Source: Catajapyx aquilonaris (taxonomy: Eukaryota). Taken from it: DNA of 43,772 bases. Positions 1 through 12,873 of the stretch are shown here, one piece after another. The stretch spans positions 1 through 43,772 of the forward strand of contig KZ538861.1 in the NCBI GenBank assembly GCA_000934665.2, given 5' to 3'. Within the stretch, counting starts at the first letter, position 1. The number at the start of each line of letters is the position of its first letter. Both the position numbers and the translations under genes were made by a program. The notes beneath the pieces were generated by a model. The model saw nothing but the letters and a program-made list of their open reading frames with translations, had not been told where the DNA came from and ran no database searches.

Positions 1-279
1 AAGGTAAGTCCTACAGTCACGCAGAACAGAAGATACGCAAACAATGCGGTGTCACTGTAATGCACCATACCAAAACTAATTACCTTCACTGCAGTGCTAT
101 GGATTTGTACAGTGTAATACGTAAATATTTTGCTATGTGACCTGATGCATATATGCAGAAATGGTTATTTAGCAAACTGATTATGAATTAGTCCAACTGA
201 ACGTCTGTTTCAGAAAAAAAGTATTATGACACCACCAGTACTTGCCCAAGGTGAAGTATGGAAAACACATGATGATTGA

Positions 280-410
280 TATCATAACACTGATGATTTG
301 TATCATAACACTGATGGTTTGTATCATAACACTGATGGTTTGTATCATAACACTGATGGTTTGTATCATAACACTGATGATTGGTATCATAACACTGAGG
401 ATTGTATCAT
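280..410. repeat. 21-bp minisatellite (TATCATAACACTGATGGTTTG), about 6 copies
   Basis: Units start at 280, 301, 322, 343, 364 and 385, with a partial unit at 405. It explains the repetitive ORFs 181..390 and 298..570. Confidence 0.95.
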
Positions 411-516
411 TTGGCTAAAAGCTATTTTGACAGATATTGTACAATTCGTGGTGCTTTCACATTCTGTTTCAACAACACGCTATTGTTTCACGCCATCTGT
501 TCGTACGTTTCCAAGA

Positions 517-1236
517 CTAAGTAAATGCCTGCATCCAATCTATGTCACAAGTATCCCGCAAAGGAAGTGAGCAGAGGCCCCTTTTGGGGGCATCAAAACA
601 ATCCTTGAGAAGCACATTCCCTCGGATTCCTTTTCCTGGAGAATGAGATTCAGATTTGGAATGCCCCACCCGGGAGCCACTTTGAGGGAGGGAAGCCCCT
701 CTGGGAGACGGCCATTGTGTCCATTTCTGGTATTTCCCTAGCCGGCTGCAGTTATGAGGCCGTGGCCCAAGAGAGGGCTCTGGGGACTCTGGGGTGGGGA
801 GGAGGGTAGCTAGGGGCTGCGGACAGGCAGGCGTCCGCGGCCTGCGTAATTGTCCCACGCCACCGCCTTTTCCCCCGGATTCACCCCTTCATGCCACTCA
901 ACTCGAGTTTCGAGGAAGGAACTGCGGGGGTTAGAGGAACTCTCTGACTATACTATTTCAGGGACTACTGATAGACTATGCGGGATTCCAACAGTGTTCG
1001 ATTGTTCGACTTGCACTGGCTCTATAGAAGCGTCTCTCTGGCTGTCATGTCTATGCGGGTGAGTGTGTGTGTATATATACGTGTTAAAGGGATTGGGATC
1101 AATTCACTCAGCGCGTTGTCCCCTTCTTTTGTTACACTGCATCGCTTCTGAATGGAATGATTCCCCCGTGGCATTCGCGCGTTCCGAGCGAGCGCATTCT
1201 GCATTAGCCTGAGGCACATTTTCTGCACCACTGTTA
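517..1236 (-). mobile_element. Possible decayed 5' internal region of an LTR retrotransposon (PBS-like site and gag-like remnant)
   Basis: The minus strand reads ...TAACA G TGGTGCAGAA (1236-1221), like an LTR end followed by a TGG-initiated PBS. Downstream is a GC-rich, Pro-rich frame containing HNCSRLGKY, a weak zinc-knuckle resemblance. No second LTR was found. Confidence 0.2.
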
Positions 1237-4200
1237 CGGTACATGGGACGCTTTTCAGTCGATGTTTATAAATCCTCTCGGAAACTTCACGGTAATAGGC
1301 GAAATTTTGGAGCTAGAAGCAACTTACACTACCTTTTTCCTCTAAAAAATGTTCGGTGTCCAGGTGGCCAAGAGGGGCATATTTGTGGTGCCTGCGTTAT
1401 CACATGGGCGTGTTCTTTTTTAGACTGGCCATGCCTTTGGGTAGGAGTCAAGCATACAATCAGAACCAAAATGAAATGAGGTCGGATTTTTTTTTAGTTG
1501 AAAGAAGGCTACCAGTGCAGTGGTTCAGAAATATTTTAAGAGATAGTTAAAGACAGTTATTAACAATGTTGAGCATTATATTAATAACATACTGTACACA
1601 TTCTCATAATTACGGTTTACACACACTGAATGTACAGTATAAATGATTCAAATAAATGATTCTGCAAGAATAAATTGCTACCAATCTGCACAAAATCAGC
1701 CAGGAACTACACGTATAGTGCAATACAAACGGATATTGAAAAATACGATGTTTACAACCCAGTATTTAATGACGTTTGATTTTTAAAAGGCATTCATAGA
1801 TATTCTATAGTAATTTCTTAATAAGTCGCATAAACAGCAACAACAAGTCCAGTCAATTTTTTGAGATGGACATGGCTCCATTACAAACTATCACAACACC
1901 TATAAAAGGCAGCCTCATACTTTTCTCAGACTTGTGCCTCCTAAGTGTGTAATCGAAGAGCACTGTTATCACATGTAGTGGCGAGAGGTGTTGGGATATT
2001 CAATTTCTTATTACTACTGCTATGAAGAATTCTCATCCTTGAATTATTAGTTGATTTAGTTCAGAATTTATAATTATTCTACGGTTGGAAATAATTGAGA
2101 AGCAGTATGATAATATTGCAGCAATGGATGAACATAACACCTTAGAGTTTAGACTCTAAGGTATTGTGTCACTTATATCAAATATTATAGTATGCCATGC
2201 GCATATTGCATGTGTTCATGAAAAGCACAAATTATTCATGATGTAATGTAAAATTATTTCAATGAATTTATAAAAATATGGCGCATGCATACTGCGGCAG
2301 TGACTTCATTTTCGAACGTATTTCAACGGTAGGCCTAAGTGACAAACCTCATCAGTTACTGATCACTATACTGTATTTAGCAATATGCTATCTTGTACTG
2401 TACCACCAATTATTTTCTTTAAAGAGTTTCAACTTACCGGTACATTAATACGACGCTTTTCTTTCTTTCAAACGCTGAAGATACTCTAATGAACAATACA
2501 GTATATTTTTCTTACCATAAGCTTTCCTCTATCCAGTCTACAGTCTACTCAGTTTCTGAGACATCGTACAATATTAATGCCATTCTTTGATTACCACAAC
2601 AAGTGTTTACGCGATTTACCTGCTGTCACACGTGTTCTGAAGCTTCCAACTAGATAATATATTGGTCTATTTAGCCTCTTCTCCGTCTGCTCCCTTCAGC
2701 TCAGCCACAAAAATACATAGCCCTTAACACCCATAAATCTGGTGTGAGTGCCAAACTTGTCATGTGGACCTAAGCCTTACCTCCAGTGTGGCCGCAGCCC
2801 CTAGTCGCAACCTCAAATGGAGTTAAACTCCGGCAGGCGCAACACGTTACACTCGGGTCAGCATTGTTCAGCCTCCTGTATCTCAAGAGACGGTATAAAA
2901 ATGTCTAAGCTGCGGATAGAGCCCCTCTCCCGAGCTCTCCCGAGTTGGTAAGCCTTCAAGATCCCCTCATGGAGACCCCCGTGAGCCAGTCAGCAGGCCC
3001 AAAAGCCTTCGCGACTGAAGGCGAGCCTACACTTTAACCTGTATGCGCTACCTGAAATGCTCCACTTAGTTCAACAAGAGAATGTGGAGAGGGGATGGGG
3101 AGTGCAGGAGTAGGGATGCTGGGGAACGGATTGTTTCGCTCCGAGGATTCACTATGCCCCCCAGCACTCCGTCCCGTCCTATATGGGCATTAAGGTCTTT
3201 CCTACATATTCAGGTTTGAATCTGCATTTGGGAAGATTAGGACTCAAAATATGCTGAACACCCCTTTTTGTGGGGGAGTTTTAGAAAACTAGATTTTTGC
3301 TATGAATGTTAATCCGGTTCAAACCATTATTACCTTTTGTGGAGCATTTTAAATCCACGTAGTAAAGGGAGGTATTATTCTGATTGGATGTTCTGGAAGG
3401 GTGTTGCAATATTGCGGACAAAAAGTTACGTCCAATGTTTTTGAGGAAGGTGTAGCAATGAAAGAGTGGAGAGCCATTTAATATGGAGAAATGTTGGCGG
3501 CCAAAAAAAAGCAGGTTAATATACTCATGACATAATACCATGCTTCAAATTGTTACCCCCTTCTTGACTATAGTAATTAAATTGTAAAAGCATGTTAGAA
3601 ACACCTGGAAGTGCGTTATATAGAGCCCACAGGAACTGGGTTGGGAAGGTCGTGGAAAAAATCTGAGAAAGTTCCAGCGAAATTCAGATGGCATCCTGGA
3701 GTAGTCACGGCAACAAAAGACATCTCTTACTTGCACGATACAAGGCACGCGAACTAATTTAGGATCCCAGGCCTGAGGTAGAACCACGTAATGTATGGTC
3801 ATTTTAGTGGCAAATGAAATATAGTTACGTGGTCTGGAGATGTAAGGCCACAAGCCCTGATAATAATTGCACACAGACCTGTTTAAAACATTGACCACCC
3901 ATATAATGAGGGATACAAATGGAGTGACGAGTATAACGATACTTATATTGCCTGTCACAGATATGAAATTATTCTTCATCGTCCACGTTTTTTTTGCATC
4001 AAAAAACACTGTCATGCCTCCAGCGAAATCAGTAGCCACTACAAATTAAATATAAGTCAGAAGCCAGGGGAGCCACTTGTAACCCGGCCCATCTCCTTCC
4101 CAGTGCAAGAGTGGTTTCCAAAAGAGGAAAAAAAATGCTGCTACTAACGTCATCTGCAGATGAAGCTCCGTCAGTCTAGTTCTTGCAGCCAGTTCATACC

Positions 4201-4688
4201 ACATTTACCTAGAAATTTTTTGGCGACTTCAAAAAATATGTAATTTAATGCAAGTGACATTTGAAAATCCTACATACACATTTTTTTGCGCAATGCCTAT
4301 AAGTTACATGTTGTACAGTTTAAATAGCTATGATCTCAGGCAGATTAATACCCTACATGTAGCGCGTGTGTAATCGATTAGGTAGTCCCAGTTGTAGCCT
4401 TGTTGTATTTATGTACGTCTATGCGGAATATCAACCGTGTTTGCTAATACTGTACGTACCGTACGTCTGCAATGGAAATTAATTACTCCCGCCTCCGGCC
4501 ATACCTCGTTCTTCCACTGGGATATTCAGTTACTCCTCTGCGTGTATTTACGTCCTAGCCTACATCCAAGTTCATACTGAACCCTTAAAAAACCCAAGTT
4601 CTTACAGTACATCCCCCTGAAAGCCCTCGTGCAATATAGTGCATCAAAATAATATTAGACCAACAGATGACGCATTAAAGGTAAGGCA

Positions 4689-4945
4689 TTAGAGCTGACG
4701 TCCAGGCAATATCTCAAGCAAAGTAAGGCTCCAAAATTCAGGCTCTCCATCCGCGAGCCTTGCAAGGAAGGAGCTAGGTCGATAATAAACAAGCCTCTTG
4801 TAGGACGGATCTGTGCAGTGGGCCTTCTGCATAAACCGGTAGTAGTCCCAGTATGAAAGTGACCTGAGGCATGCTGAACGTGTCTTGTACTGGGGCATCC
4901 AACCTAAGCCAGCATTCACTTGCTTTATGTGGAATTAAGCTCGAA
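4689..4945 (-). mobile_element. Decayed non-LTR retrotransposon (LINE) ORF2 C-terminal fragment
   Basis: Minus-strand translation with one frameshift gives IPHKA/VNAGLGWMPQYKTRSACLRSLSYW. This resembles the 'TPxxAVxGELGWxP...R....LxYW' segment after the RT domain of many invertebrate LINEs. Confidence 0.35.
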
Positions 4946-5139
4946 GGATGGCACTGGGCTCACACTAGGACTTTCCAATTTCACGGATACAACAAGTTCC
5001 AGGATGCGCAGATAAACTCGGCCAATTAAAAAATACATCAAGTTTTGGGATCGTGGTTGTTCAAGGAGAAATATTTATTCTCAATGTGCCAGTAACAAGT
5101 ATTTTCTACATTACAATAGTAAAGTGGTACAGTAATATA

Positions 5140-5652
5140 CAGGGCGTTTCAGAGTCACGGGTAAAGCGTGCGCGAGGGGGTGGGGAAAAATCGTATATGG
5201 CGACAACCCCGGTCAGTTTTATAAAACAATTAGCAATACGGCAGTAATCAATTTATTTATTACGGGCGTACGGCGTGACGTCACATCCTTTCTGTTCGAA
5301 TTGACTGGCGCGGACTGGCAGATGCAGCATGGGCTGAACCTGGTTGAACGGCTTTTTAGCATTGTACACTACTTTGTACAGTACCCTACCGGTATAGCAT
5401 GAGAGCGCCTTTTTCAGTGCAACCCGCAAGGCTAAAAAGCCGTTCAACCAGGTTCAACGCACTAGTGCACCTGTCAGTCCGCGCCAGTAAATTCGAACAG
5501 AAAGGATGTGACGTCACGCCGTACGGCCGTAATAAATAAATTGGTTACTGCCGTATTTCTAATTGTTTTATAAAACCGACCTGGGTTGTCACCATCTACG
5601 ATTTTTCCCCACCCCCTCGCGCGCGCTTGACCCGTGACTCAGAAACACCCTG
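5140..5652. mobile_element. Palindromic Tc1/mariner-type MITE (513 bp, arms about 220 bp, TA TSD)
   Basis: Termini are TA|CAGGGCGTTTCAGAGTCACGGG... and ...CCCGTGACTCAGAAACACCCTG|TA. Arms 5140-5360 and 5431-5652 are reverse complements with scattered mismatches around a 70-bp spacer. CAGGGYG termini with TA flanks are typical of Tc1/mariner. Confidence 0.9.
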
Positions 5653-6746
5653 TACATTATTTGACATTTTTCTGACCACATTCATCATCATTTTCAAAAA
5701 AAAGTTCGCTTGCTTCAAATTTATGCTAGATGTTAAATTCTTACCACATGGCCTCAGCGGCCGTAGCCAAATCTCCTGCTTCTGCAGCCAGGATGGAAGT
5801 AAAAGAGGGCTTCGTTATTCCCCCTTAATTAGCAAAAAAATCACCTGGAGTCTGCCGTTGGCCGGAATTTCATTCCCTCCCGCAAGGATTTAACAAATGA
5901 AATGAATTTTTCGCAGCTCCAAATAGAGTCGGTTAGTGAAATAATCACGCTTGACGACCAAGTGACAGGAGCGGCAAATCCATCAGTAGAGCACGTCTAT
6001 TGAGGTCTGCTTCACTGGTACACCGCAGATTTTGAAATGACAGCTTCGGCCATCGTTTCGCGAAAAGTAATAAATAAACATCAAGTGGGATTTGGTGCGT
6101 GCTGCCAGTTCACTTTCCCTTGCCTCTCCTGATAAAAGTGCGGACTATTTTAGGAGCCCAGAGATTTCCTGTTCTCTCTCCAACTGATTTTTTTTTGCCT
6201 ACTACCTGAAGCAATGAAACATTTATCCAGAGCTCCGAGTCCGGAAATATACGGTGCATATAAGCATACTCAAGCAGTTCGCACTAGTTTTTTTTGAAGG
6301 AATGGAAGCCTGGATCTGTTGAAATTGTGCGTTAGAGGAGAGGACTTAATGCAATTATTCATGGGAGAAAGAATATTATATTGGCCAGATTTGAAGTACT
6401 AGACTATACGTGGCAGATGTGTCTTTCTACGATTGTTTCAATAATTTTCCAGCTTAAGACATGGCTCACCATATACCTTAACAAATGATATTATCAAGCT
6501 AGAATTACCATGCAGTACATTTTATAGGCACGACGTGAAGTGCAATGCATGCCATCTGCTAGGTTCATCGACACCTTTATAATCGCGACCAATTTCGGTA
6601 CTGATGGTATGTTAATTTTTCCAATACTTAGCATTTTATTAATGTTTAAACATAAACTAATTTCCATGGACTGATTCAGGCAAACAATATATGTTCATTT
6701 TTTGAAGGGCACAATTTTGCTTCTAAAAATCAACATTCGGTTCTAA

Positions 6747-6900
6747 AGGTGCGTTTACATGTGAGAGATATGATGAGCGAAATCTTCGCCGAGGGTGAGT
6801 AACCCAAGTATAACAAATATTGTTTGAGGCGAAAATCAATTGTTAATTTCAGCCTCGGGGAAGATTTCGCTCGTCAAATCGCGCACATGTAAACGCACCT
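6747..6900. mobile_element. Small PIF/Harbinger-like MITE (154 bp)
   Basis: TIRs AGGTGCGTTTACATGTG / CACATGTAAACGCACCT are perfect, and imperfect pairing continues to about 50 bp (GAGCGAAATCTTCGCCGAGG vs CCTCGGGGAAGATTTCGCTC). Flanks are TAA and TTA (TWA-type, one mismatch). Confidence 0.75.
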
Positions 6901-7357
6901 TTATACCAACTCTCCCAGCTACAAATTTATGAATCACCTGCACCGAAACATTATTCGGCTATAGTGTTGATTTTTATCAGCTTACAATGGAACAATTTTT
7001 CATTCAGTACGTGCCCTGGCAAAAACGGAACAATGCCAACACATTCATGCTGTTTTATTTTTTTCCCCCACATTTCCACATACACCAGATCAAAATACAT
7101 CCCGCAATTCACGCTCTCATTAAAGCACGCCCGTCACAACACGCTGTAACCGAGCTCTAAAGGCACAATATCATAATAAACACTGTACGATAAGTAATGA
7201 TACACTACGTCAGAAACCGGTATCTCTCACCACAAAAATCGTAAAATCCTACAAAAGACAAGAGGAAATTGTGCCTTTTCCCACCTTCAGCATCAAAAAG
7301 ACTGGCAGAGTGCCTCTCACTCTCTATCTCTCTCCCTTTTTCTTTTTACCTAATGTA

Positions 7358-7368
7358 NNNNNNNNNNN
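7358..7368. other. Assembly gap (11 N) next to a poly-C tract
   Basis: Run of n followed by a C-rich run at 7369-7390. Confidence 0.99.
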
Positions 7369-10360
7369 NCCCCCCATCCCCCCCCCCCCCAAACCCTTTA
7401 AGAATCACTTTCATCCTTGATTACTAGTTCCGAAGGGAGAAAACTGCAGCACTTATCCGCTTTCAAGTGAAGGCTTTTGGATCATCGCAAGGGATAGATT
7501 CGATCTCCTGCCCTCTGGCACCATAAATCAAGCTTTTAGTGCTCTCAAGACTCATTCTGTTACGTGAAAAAAAAATATTGTGCGTGGAATTAACTTCTTG
7601 AAAACATCGTCCAATTAGTAGCATGCTTGAATTCGGCTGTATCATATTTGCCTGCGTAATGAGTCAAGGTTTTTGCGGATTTTTGGGCAGATTTGCTATA
7701 TCAAGAGTAGGGCTACAGTGCCTTTACTGGCGAATATTTTTGGGGGTGTATTGTAAATGGGACAGCAATTTTCAAAGGATACCTGCCAGCATCGGTTTAT
7801 TTGCAATACCCACAATTTATAGTGAAAGTTGTTTTTAATAACGGAAGATGAAATGTGACATCCAGTTTGTTCTGGTATTGCGGAAACACAGATTTTAAAT
7901 TCGGAATTTTGCAATATTCCGGTGTAATAGGGACACAGGAGAGACCAGAAATAATTAGTCTTTTAATTTTTATGGGAATGGTAGGTGATGGCTATTTTTA
8001 GAGTTGCCACCAAAATTTGAACGAATACAATTGATATTCCCAAAGTAAGTTTTCATTCAGTAAGTAATCATTTCACTTTTTCATAATACAGTAGCCCTAT
8101 TTCGAACAATTTCTACCAATGTTCAAGGGCAAAAACTATCCTGGAAGGAAGCCATTGCAATTTTTCTGCAAAAATGAATGCTATTTATTTGAAATCAAGG
8201 TGCCTATACTGAAACATTCAGAAATCACCGGCGATTGAGCACTATAATATTGACGAATATTGAGCATGATTTATTAACATAATAACTTATCAAATTTTAA
8301 ATGGAATAAAGTAATAATGAATGTATTAAAACTTCGCAATCAAACAACCCATCACGGCATTTCCACAAAAAAGGATAATCAGATATGAACAAGGTGACTC
8401 AAGTTAACTTACAAATTAATGCCATTGCATAAACATTGAAATTTGTTTAAAATCATCCCAGTAAACTTTGCAAAACCAGAATATAAACTTATATAAATAT
8501 ACTATTAAAATTTTAACCTTTAATTTTTAAATATAACCTCTGAAAACTTTCATAACAAGCCACTATCATTAAGTCTATATCACTATAACTCGTGAAATAA
8601 AACAAGACTCGAGTAAAGGCCATTTCACCCCAAAAAAAAAACGCGCGGCAAACGGCGCGCGTTGCGGCATATTTATTATTTATATTTATTATTGCCAATA
8701 ATTAATAATAATTGGCGGGGCAGGCGTTTGCCGCTTGACGCAGCCGCAAAATCTTTTTGTGTTTTGGCCTTAAGTGAGCAATCAGTCACCTAAGTAAATG
8801 CAACTCGAATAATTACTCCACCCAGCAGTAGTAGTGCGGAACATGAACCTTGCAACCTTGAACTCCCTTCATCCTACGCTACTATGGGCCCAACAAGCCT
8901 CTCTTGTTCACCGGGCAACATAAACCGCAGGCGCTCCGAATCACCGCTGTGGATTCAGCAAAAACCTCCTTCCCCATACTTTTGACGTCGAAGTGGTCGT
9001 ACCGCCTGCAATGTGTGTCATATCCCGACCTCACCCCGAAACAACCGTCTACCGGCCACTTTTTTCTCCACAACTATTTATTCCAAGAGCGGCTAGCTGC
9101 AACACAACCGCCATTTTTTGTCGGCCCTGACGGTGGCCATAGCCAAGCGAATATTCCGTACTGTAAACATTCATTTATTTATTTATGGAAGCTTTTCCCA
9201 AGTTGCACCCCTATTTGTGGCAAGGGCTCCGTTGCCATTTAGGCAGTGCTCCGTCGCTGTAACCAAAGCCACAAACCAGGGCTTATGAGTTTTCATTCGG
9301 CCCCAAAGAAATCGGAACGTGGTGCTTGGCCTTATTGCTCCTCCGCATCGGACTTTCACTGCCGGTTGCCCACTTTCCAAGGCTTTGATTCCATTTCCAA
9401 TACTACATCGTAGCTAGGACAAGATATTCCAGGCTAGGGAGCTAAGTTTGCTGCAATTACGGTTAGGTAGCTTGCTGCCTCTGCCGACTTTATCGGGTTA
9501 TGTTGCGGGTACTGCACAGTTGTTATCGAGTCATATTATTTAATATAGAGTGACGTTACGTCAAGTCTAATAGTCCTACTTGGTTGATGGAATGTATTCC
9601 TACACTTTGCTGACAGGTGGCTATCAATCGCTTCTATAAGAAAGGTGGTCCATCACAGTTGTTTAAGGCAGTAATCTGAAGAGACACGACGTCATATCGA
9701 CACCACAATGCCCACATGCGTCAAGAAAGTCGTATTTACGTTGCTGAGTTGTTTAGGTTTGAGAAAATGTCCAATAAGCTAGCGCTTGTAGTTGCCAATT
9801 CACCCTCCATTTCAGTTATGATTATGTGAGTTAATCTTCGTGTCGTTAATGAGAAACTTGCGAATCTAAACGTTTGGGGAAGATCAAAATAGTCGTATTT
9901 TCTGTTAGAATTAGGTTTAACGGAAGCATCCCTTTGGCCCTTGAATTGCAAAGCCGAGCGAAGACCATTGCAAATTATTCGGAAACCACTGGCCATCCGA
10001 TGTAATGGGTGGAACTCAGTCTTTGCCAGCTATAATAGAATCCCTCTCCGTCGAGTAAAGGTAAAAATGGGCGCTTATTTTACTCGAAGTATAGTAGGTA
10101 AATATGTTTATTTATAAGCAGTTTAGTGCCACAAATCTTCAATTGAAAAGGAGGGTGAATTTGTATCACATTGTCTAACAACATGCACCATTTTACAATA
10201 TCTTATTGTAGGAATATCACCGAAAGGAAATTAATTTTGCTTAGTAGTAGCTGTAGCATTACATTCTGAGCTGTCACACAATGTGTTCAAAAAGTAAATG
10301 CAACTTTTTACTCATTATGAACATTGGCTTTGTTTCACTTCTCATGTTAACCATAATTAC

Positions 10361-10494
10361 CTACATTAACGTACATTAACGTACATTAACCTACATTAAC
10401 GTACATTAACGTACATTAACCTACATTAACGTACATTAACGTACATTTACCTACATTAACGTACATTAACGTACATTAACCTACATTAACGTAC
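10361..10494. repeat. 10-bp minisatellite (C/G)TACATTAAC, 13+ copies, with 30-bp higher-order period
   Basis: The first base of successive units follows C,G,G,C,G,G,C,G,G,C,G,G,C,G. Confidence 0.97.
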
Positions 10495-10989
10495 CCTAAA
10501 ATGTACACTGGTATAGAAGAGCCATAGGGCGGATAAGAGCGGTTCTCTACTGTTCACGAAACTACCGGTACCCTCTCCATCGCATCGGGCTGAGCTGACA
10601 CCTAGCCTTTTGAAGACTCCAGCATACTAGAACGAGCTTCCCCATGCGGGTAAACCTAAACTAAGCGGGCCAACTGCACAATTCAGTTTGAGTCCAGCCG
10701 CTATGCGACGATCAGGCGTTACAAGCCTGACTGTGTAAACCCGCAATGTGGCCTCAGAGTCAGAATGACACAAAGCACAACCCAAATTACCTAATCACAG
10801 TCATGGAGTGTCAAACAATGCGCATAGGACAAATCCATCCCAATGCAGCGGAGATTCATTACTCATAGTCAGTGCATGGGCAATAGAATTCCAGAAAGAG
10901 ATTATTGCTGTCAATTTCATCTCCTTTTTTGGTTCCAATTTTCGCCTGCTAATTGTACTGACGGATATGATTCATTGTGCGCAATGACG

Positions 10990-11905
10990 AAATATCTGCC
11001 GATTCTGCAGCATTAACGCCGTACTGGCTCTTTGCGACGAATTGAAAAGTCTGAGCAAATTAGATCACTGGGATTATTACCAGGGAGGGAACCTCTTTAT
11101 AATAGTCTATAGCTAATCCCAAAATGAAATGTGGGCAAAGGGTAGTAAAAAAAAAAGTTGGGCGAGTTGGAGCGTGACTAGGCAGGAGGCGTATAGCTGA
11201 AATTGGAAACGTGGAGGTGTTTGATGCCAAATTCTCTCCGGGATATAAATCGTTCTGGATACTGACGATCCTTCGGACTGGATGAATCATTTTCAATTTT
11301 TTATTACCTCCTTCACCGTGTCTCTTTTCGCTATGCAGATCCACGCTGCAGAGACAAGAAAACTTATCAATTTCGAATCTCACCAATTTATCACCTGTCA
11401 CTGCCCCCTCCCACCAGCCACCACTACCCACCCCAATCTTTTTTCATTGGGCTTCAGATGATAAAATGGCTGGAATCACGATGACATTCAGTTTTCTAGC
11501 TAGGGTGGACTCTTCTGTCTGACAATAGTAATACAGGGTGACCCACAAGTCGCTTTGTAACAGTCAACAGGGAGAAAGATTCATGGAAATGTTCTCTCGA
11601 TACTATACTTCGCAGACAGAATCGGACATATTGACCTTTGTCCTAGCCTGTATTTATTGTGGCAGTCCATGTCAGAGGAATGGTGAGGAAGTCAAGTGGC
11701 TTGTGTTACAGCCATAGTAGGATAGGAGGACTCTGGAGCTATTCCAGACCACCGGTTCGTACTGCTCGAGAGCCACTAATTTTCGCCCTGTGTCTTTAAT
11801 GGCACTACCAAGTCAGATAACGGGATACTGCTGTACTAAAGGACTAGACTCCGCGTCACACAGGATGCACCGGGTTCAAACATGACACTGGATTTCTACC
11901 CCGTG
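10990..11905 (+). mobile_element. Heavily decayed LINE ORF2 (APE endonuclease and RT start), CR1/L2-like
   Basis: Motif remnants occur in the expected order: ALCDELKSLSKLD (about 11027), KRGGV (about 11207), TIVIQGD (11522; compare IIxGDFN), NSQQGERFMEMF...SDILTFVL, and TNFRPVSLMALPSQI (11775-11819; compare NYRPISLLSVxSKI). These are followed by HDTGFLP. The region has many stops and frameshifts and an apparent internal deletion. Confidence 0.55.
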
Positions 11906-12817
11906 CTGGGATTGCCAAACAACCTGGAGGAAGGACATGTTGTGTAGGCGGGGAGGAATTTACAACCCAGCAGACGGATACTATCGTTTTGGCTTTTGAG
12001 AGAATAGTGCTTGGTAACAAATTATTAGGGATCGTGTGATCATTAGCATGAGTTTATTATGCTCATGTCACTATAAATACCGAGGCAGTACTCATGTAGT
12101 CTGGAGTTAAGGAAGTTATGGAATTTTTTAAAAATAATAATTACATAAAATGAACTCTAAAAGCATCATTATTGACAGCAGCATTAGCTGTAGCTATAGA
12201 GAAGTTGAAAACTGCAACTTTATCCTGAATGCCAGAGATACATTATCGTCAGTAATAGTGACAACCGGTCTTTAGAACATCATATTGCAGGTTTTATGCA
12301 CAACAAGTACATTTACATAAATACGTACTACTTGATGTAGGATTGTAGGCTATCTGATTTGTCCTTCTCAGGGTACGTGTGAAATACCAAAGAGTATAGA
12401 GTTATGTGTGATTTTGTAGCCTAATGTCATGATTGTATGTACTCTACAGTACGTATATTCACCCAGTTATTGTACAATGTACACTATTCACCACAATATT
12501 TTCCCCTGAACTTTTTATAAAAGATTCTAATGCGGAAATGGTTGGTCAAACGTAAACGGTATGGTGCAACGTTACCATGAGGAAGAAGAGGCCCTTCGGG
12601 CTGACAAGCTTCCATTTATTTTTCCAACCATAAAGTCAGAGCTAGAAGCATAACAGACCAGGTGCAGTGCTGCATATCCATGAACTTAAATACAATGTAC
12701 AATGTTACATACACAACATATCTAGTGGAAGGCCTCCCAGGGGATAAACAAACTAAAGAAGGGTAAGATGAAGATGATGGACGAACACACTCCCTCAGGA
12801 TTGTCAGAGGGGTACAA

Positions 12818-12873
12818 CTGGGCCCACAGCACAATCTACACAGCGCGCTGTGTAGATTGGGGTGTGGGCCCAG
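12818..12873. repeat. 56-bp loopless palindrome (2 mismatches)
   Basis: CTGGGCCCACAGCACAATCTACACAGCG|CGCTGTGTAGATTGGGGTGTGGGCCCAG. Confidence 0.9.

Noticed and set aside
280..410. CRISPR-like periodicity in the 21-bp array (also the 36-bp array at 14092)
   Set aside because: Units are head-to-tail with no unique spacers, there are no cas genes, and the context is eukaryotic.
7491..7523. tRNA 3'-end-like or PBS-like string (TTCGATCTCCTGCCCTCTGGCACCA)
   Set aside because: No cloverleaf or matching 5' acceptor strand, and no adjacent LTR end.
8882..9380. THAP-domain-like words in two minus-strand ORFs (DGC..RSGYD; FRF...W..AL)
   Set aside because: The C2CH zinc ligands and the conserved Pro are missing, so the resemblance could be chance.
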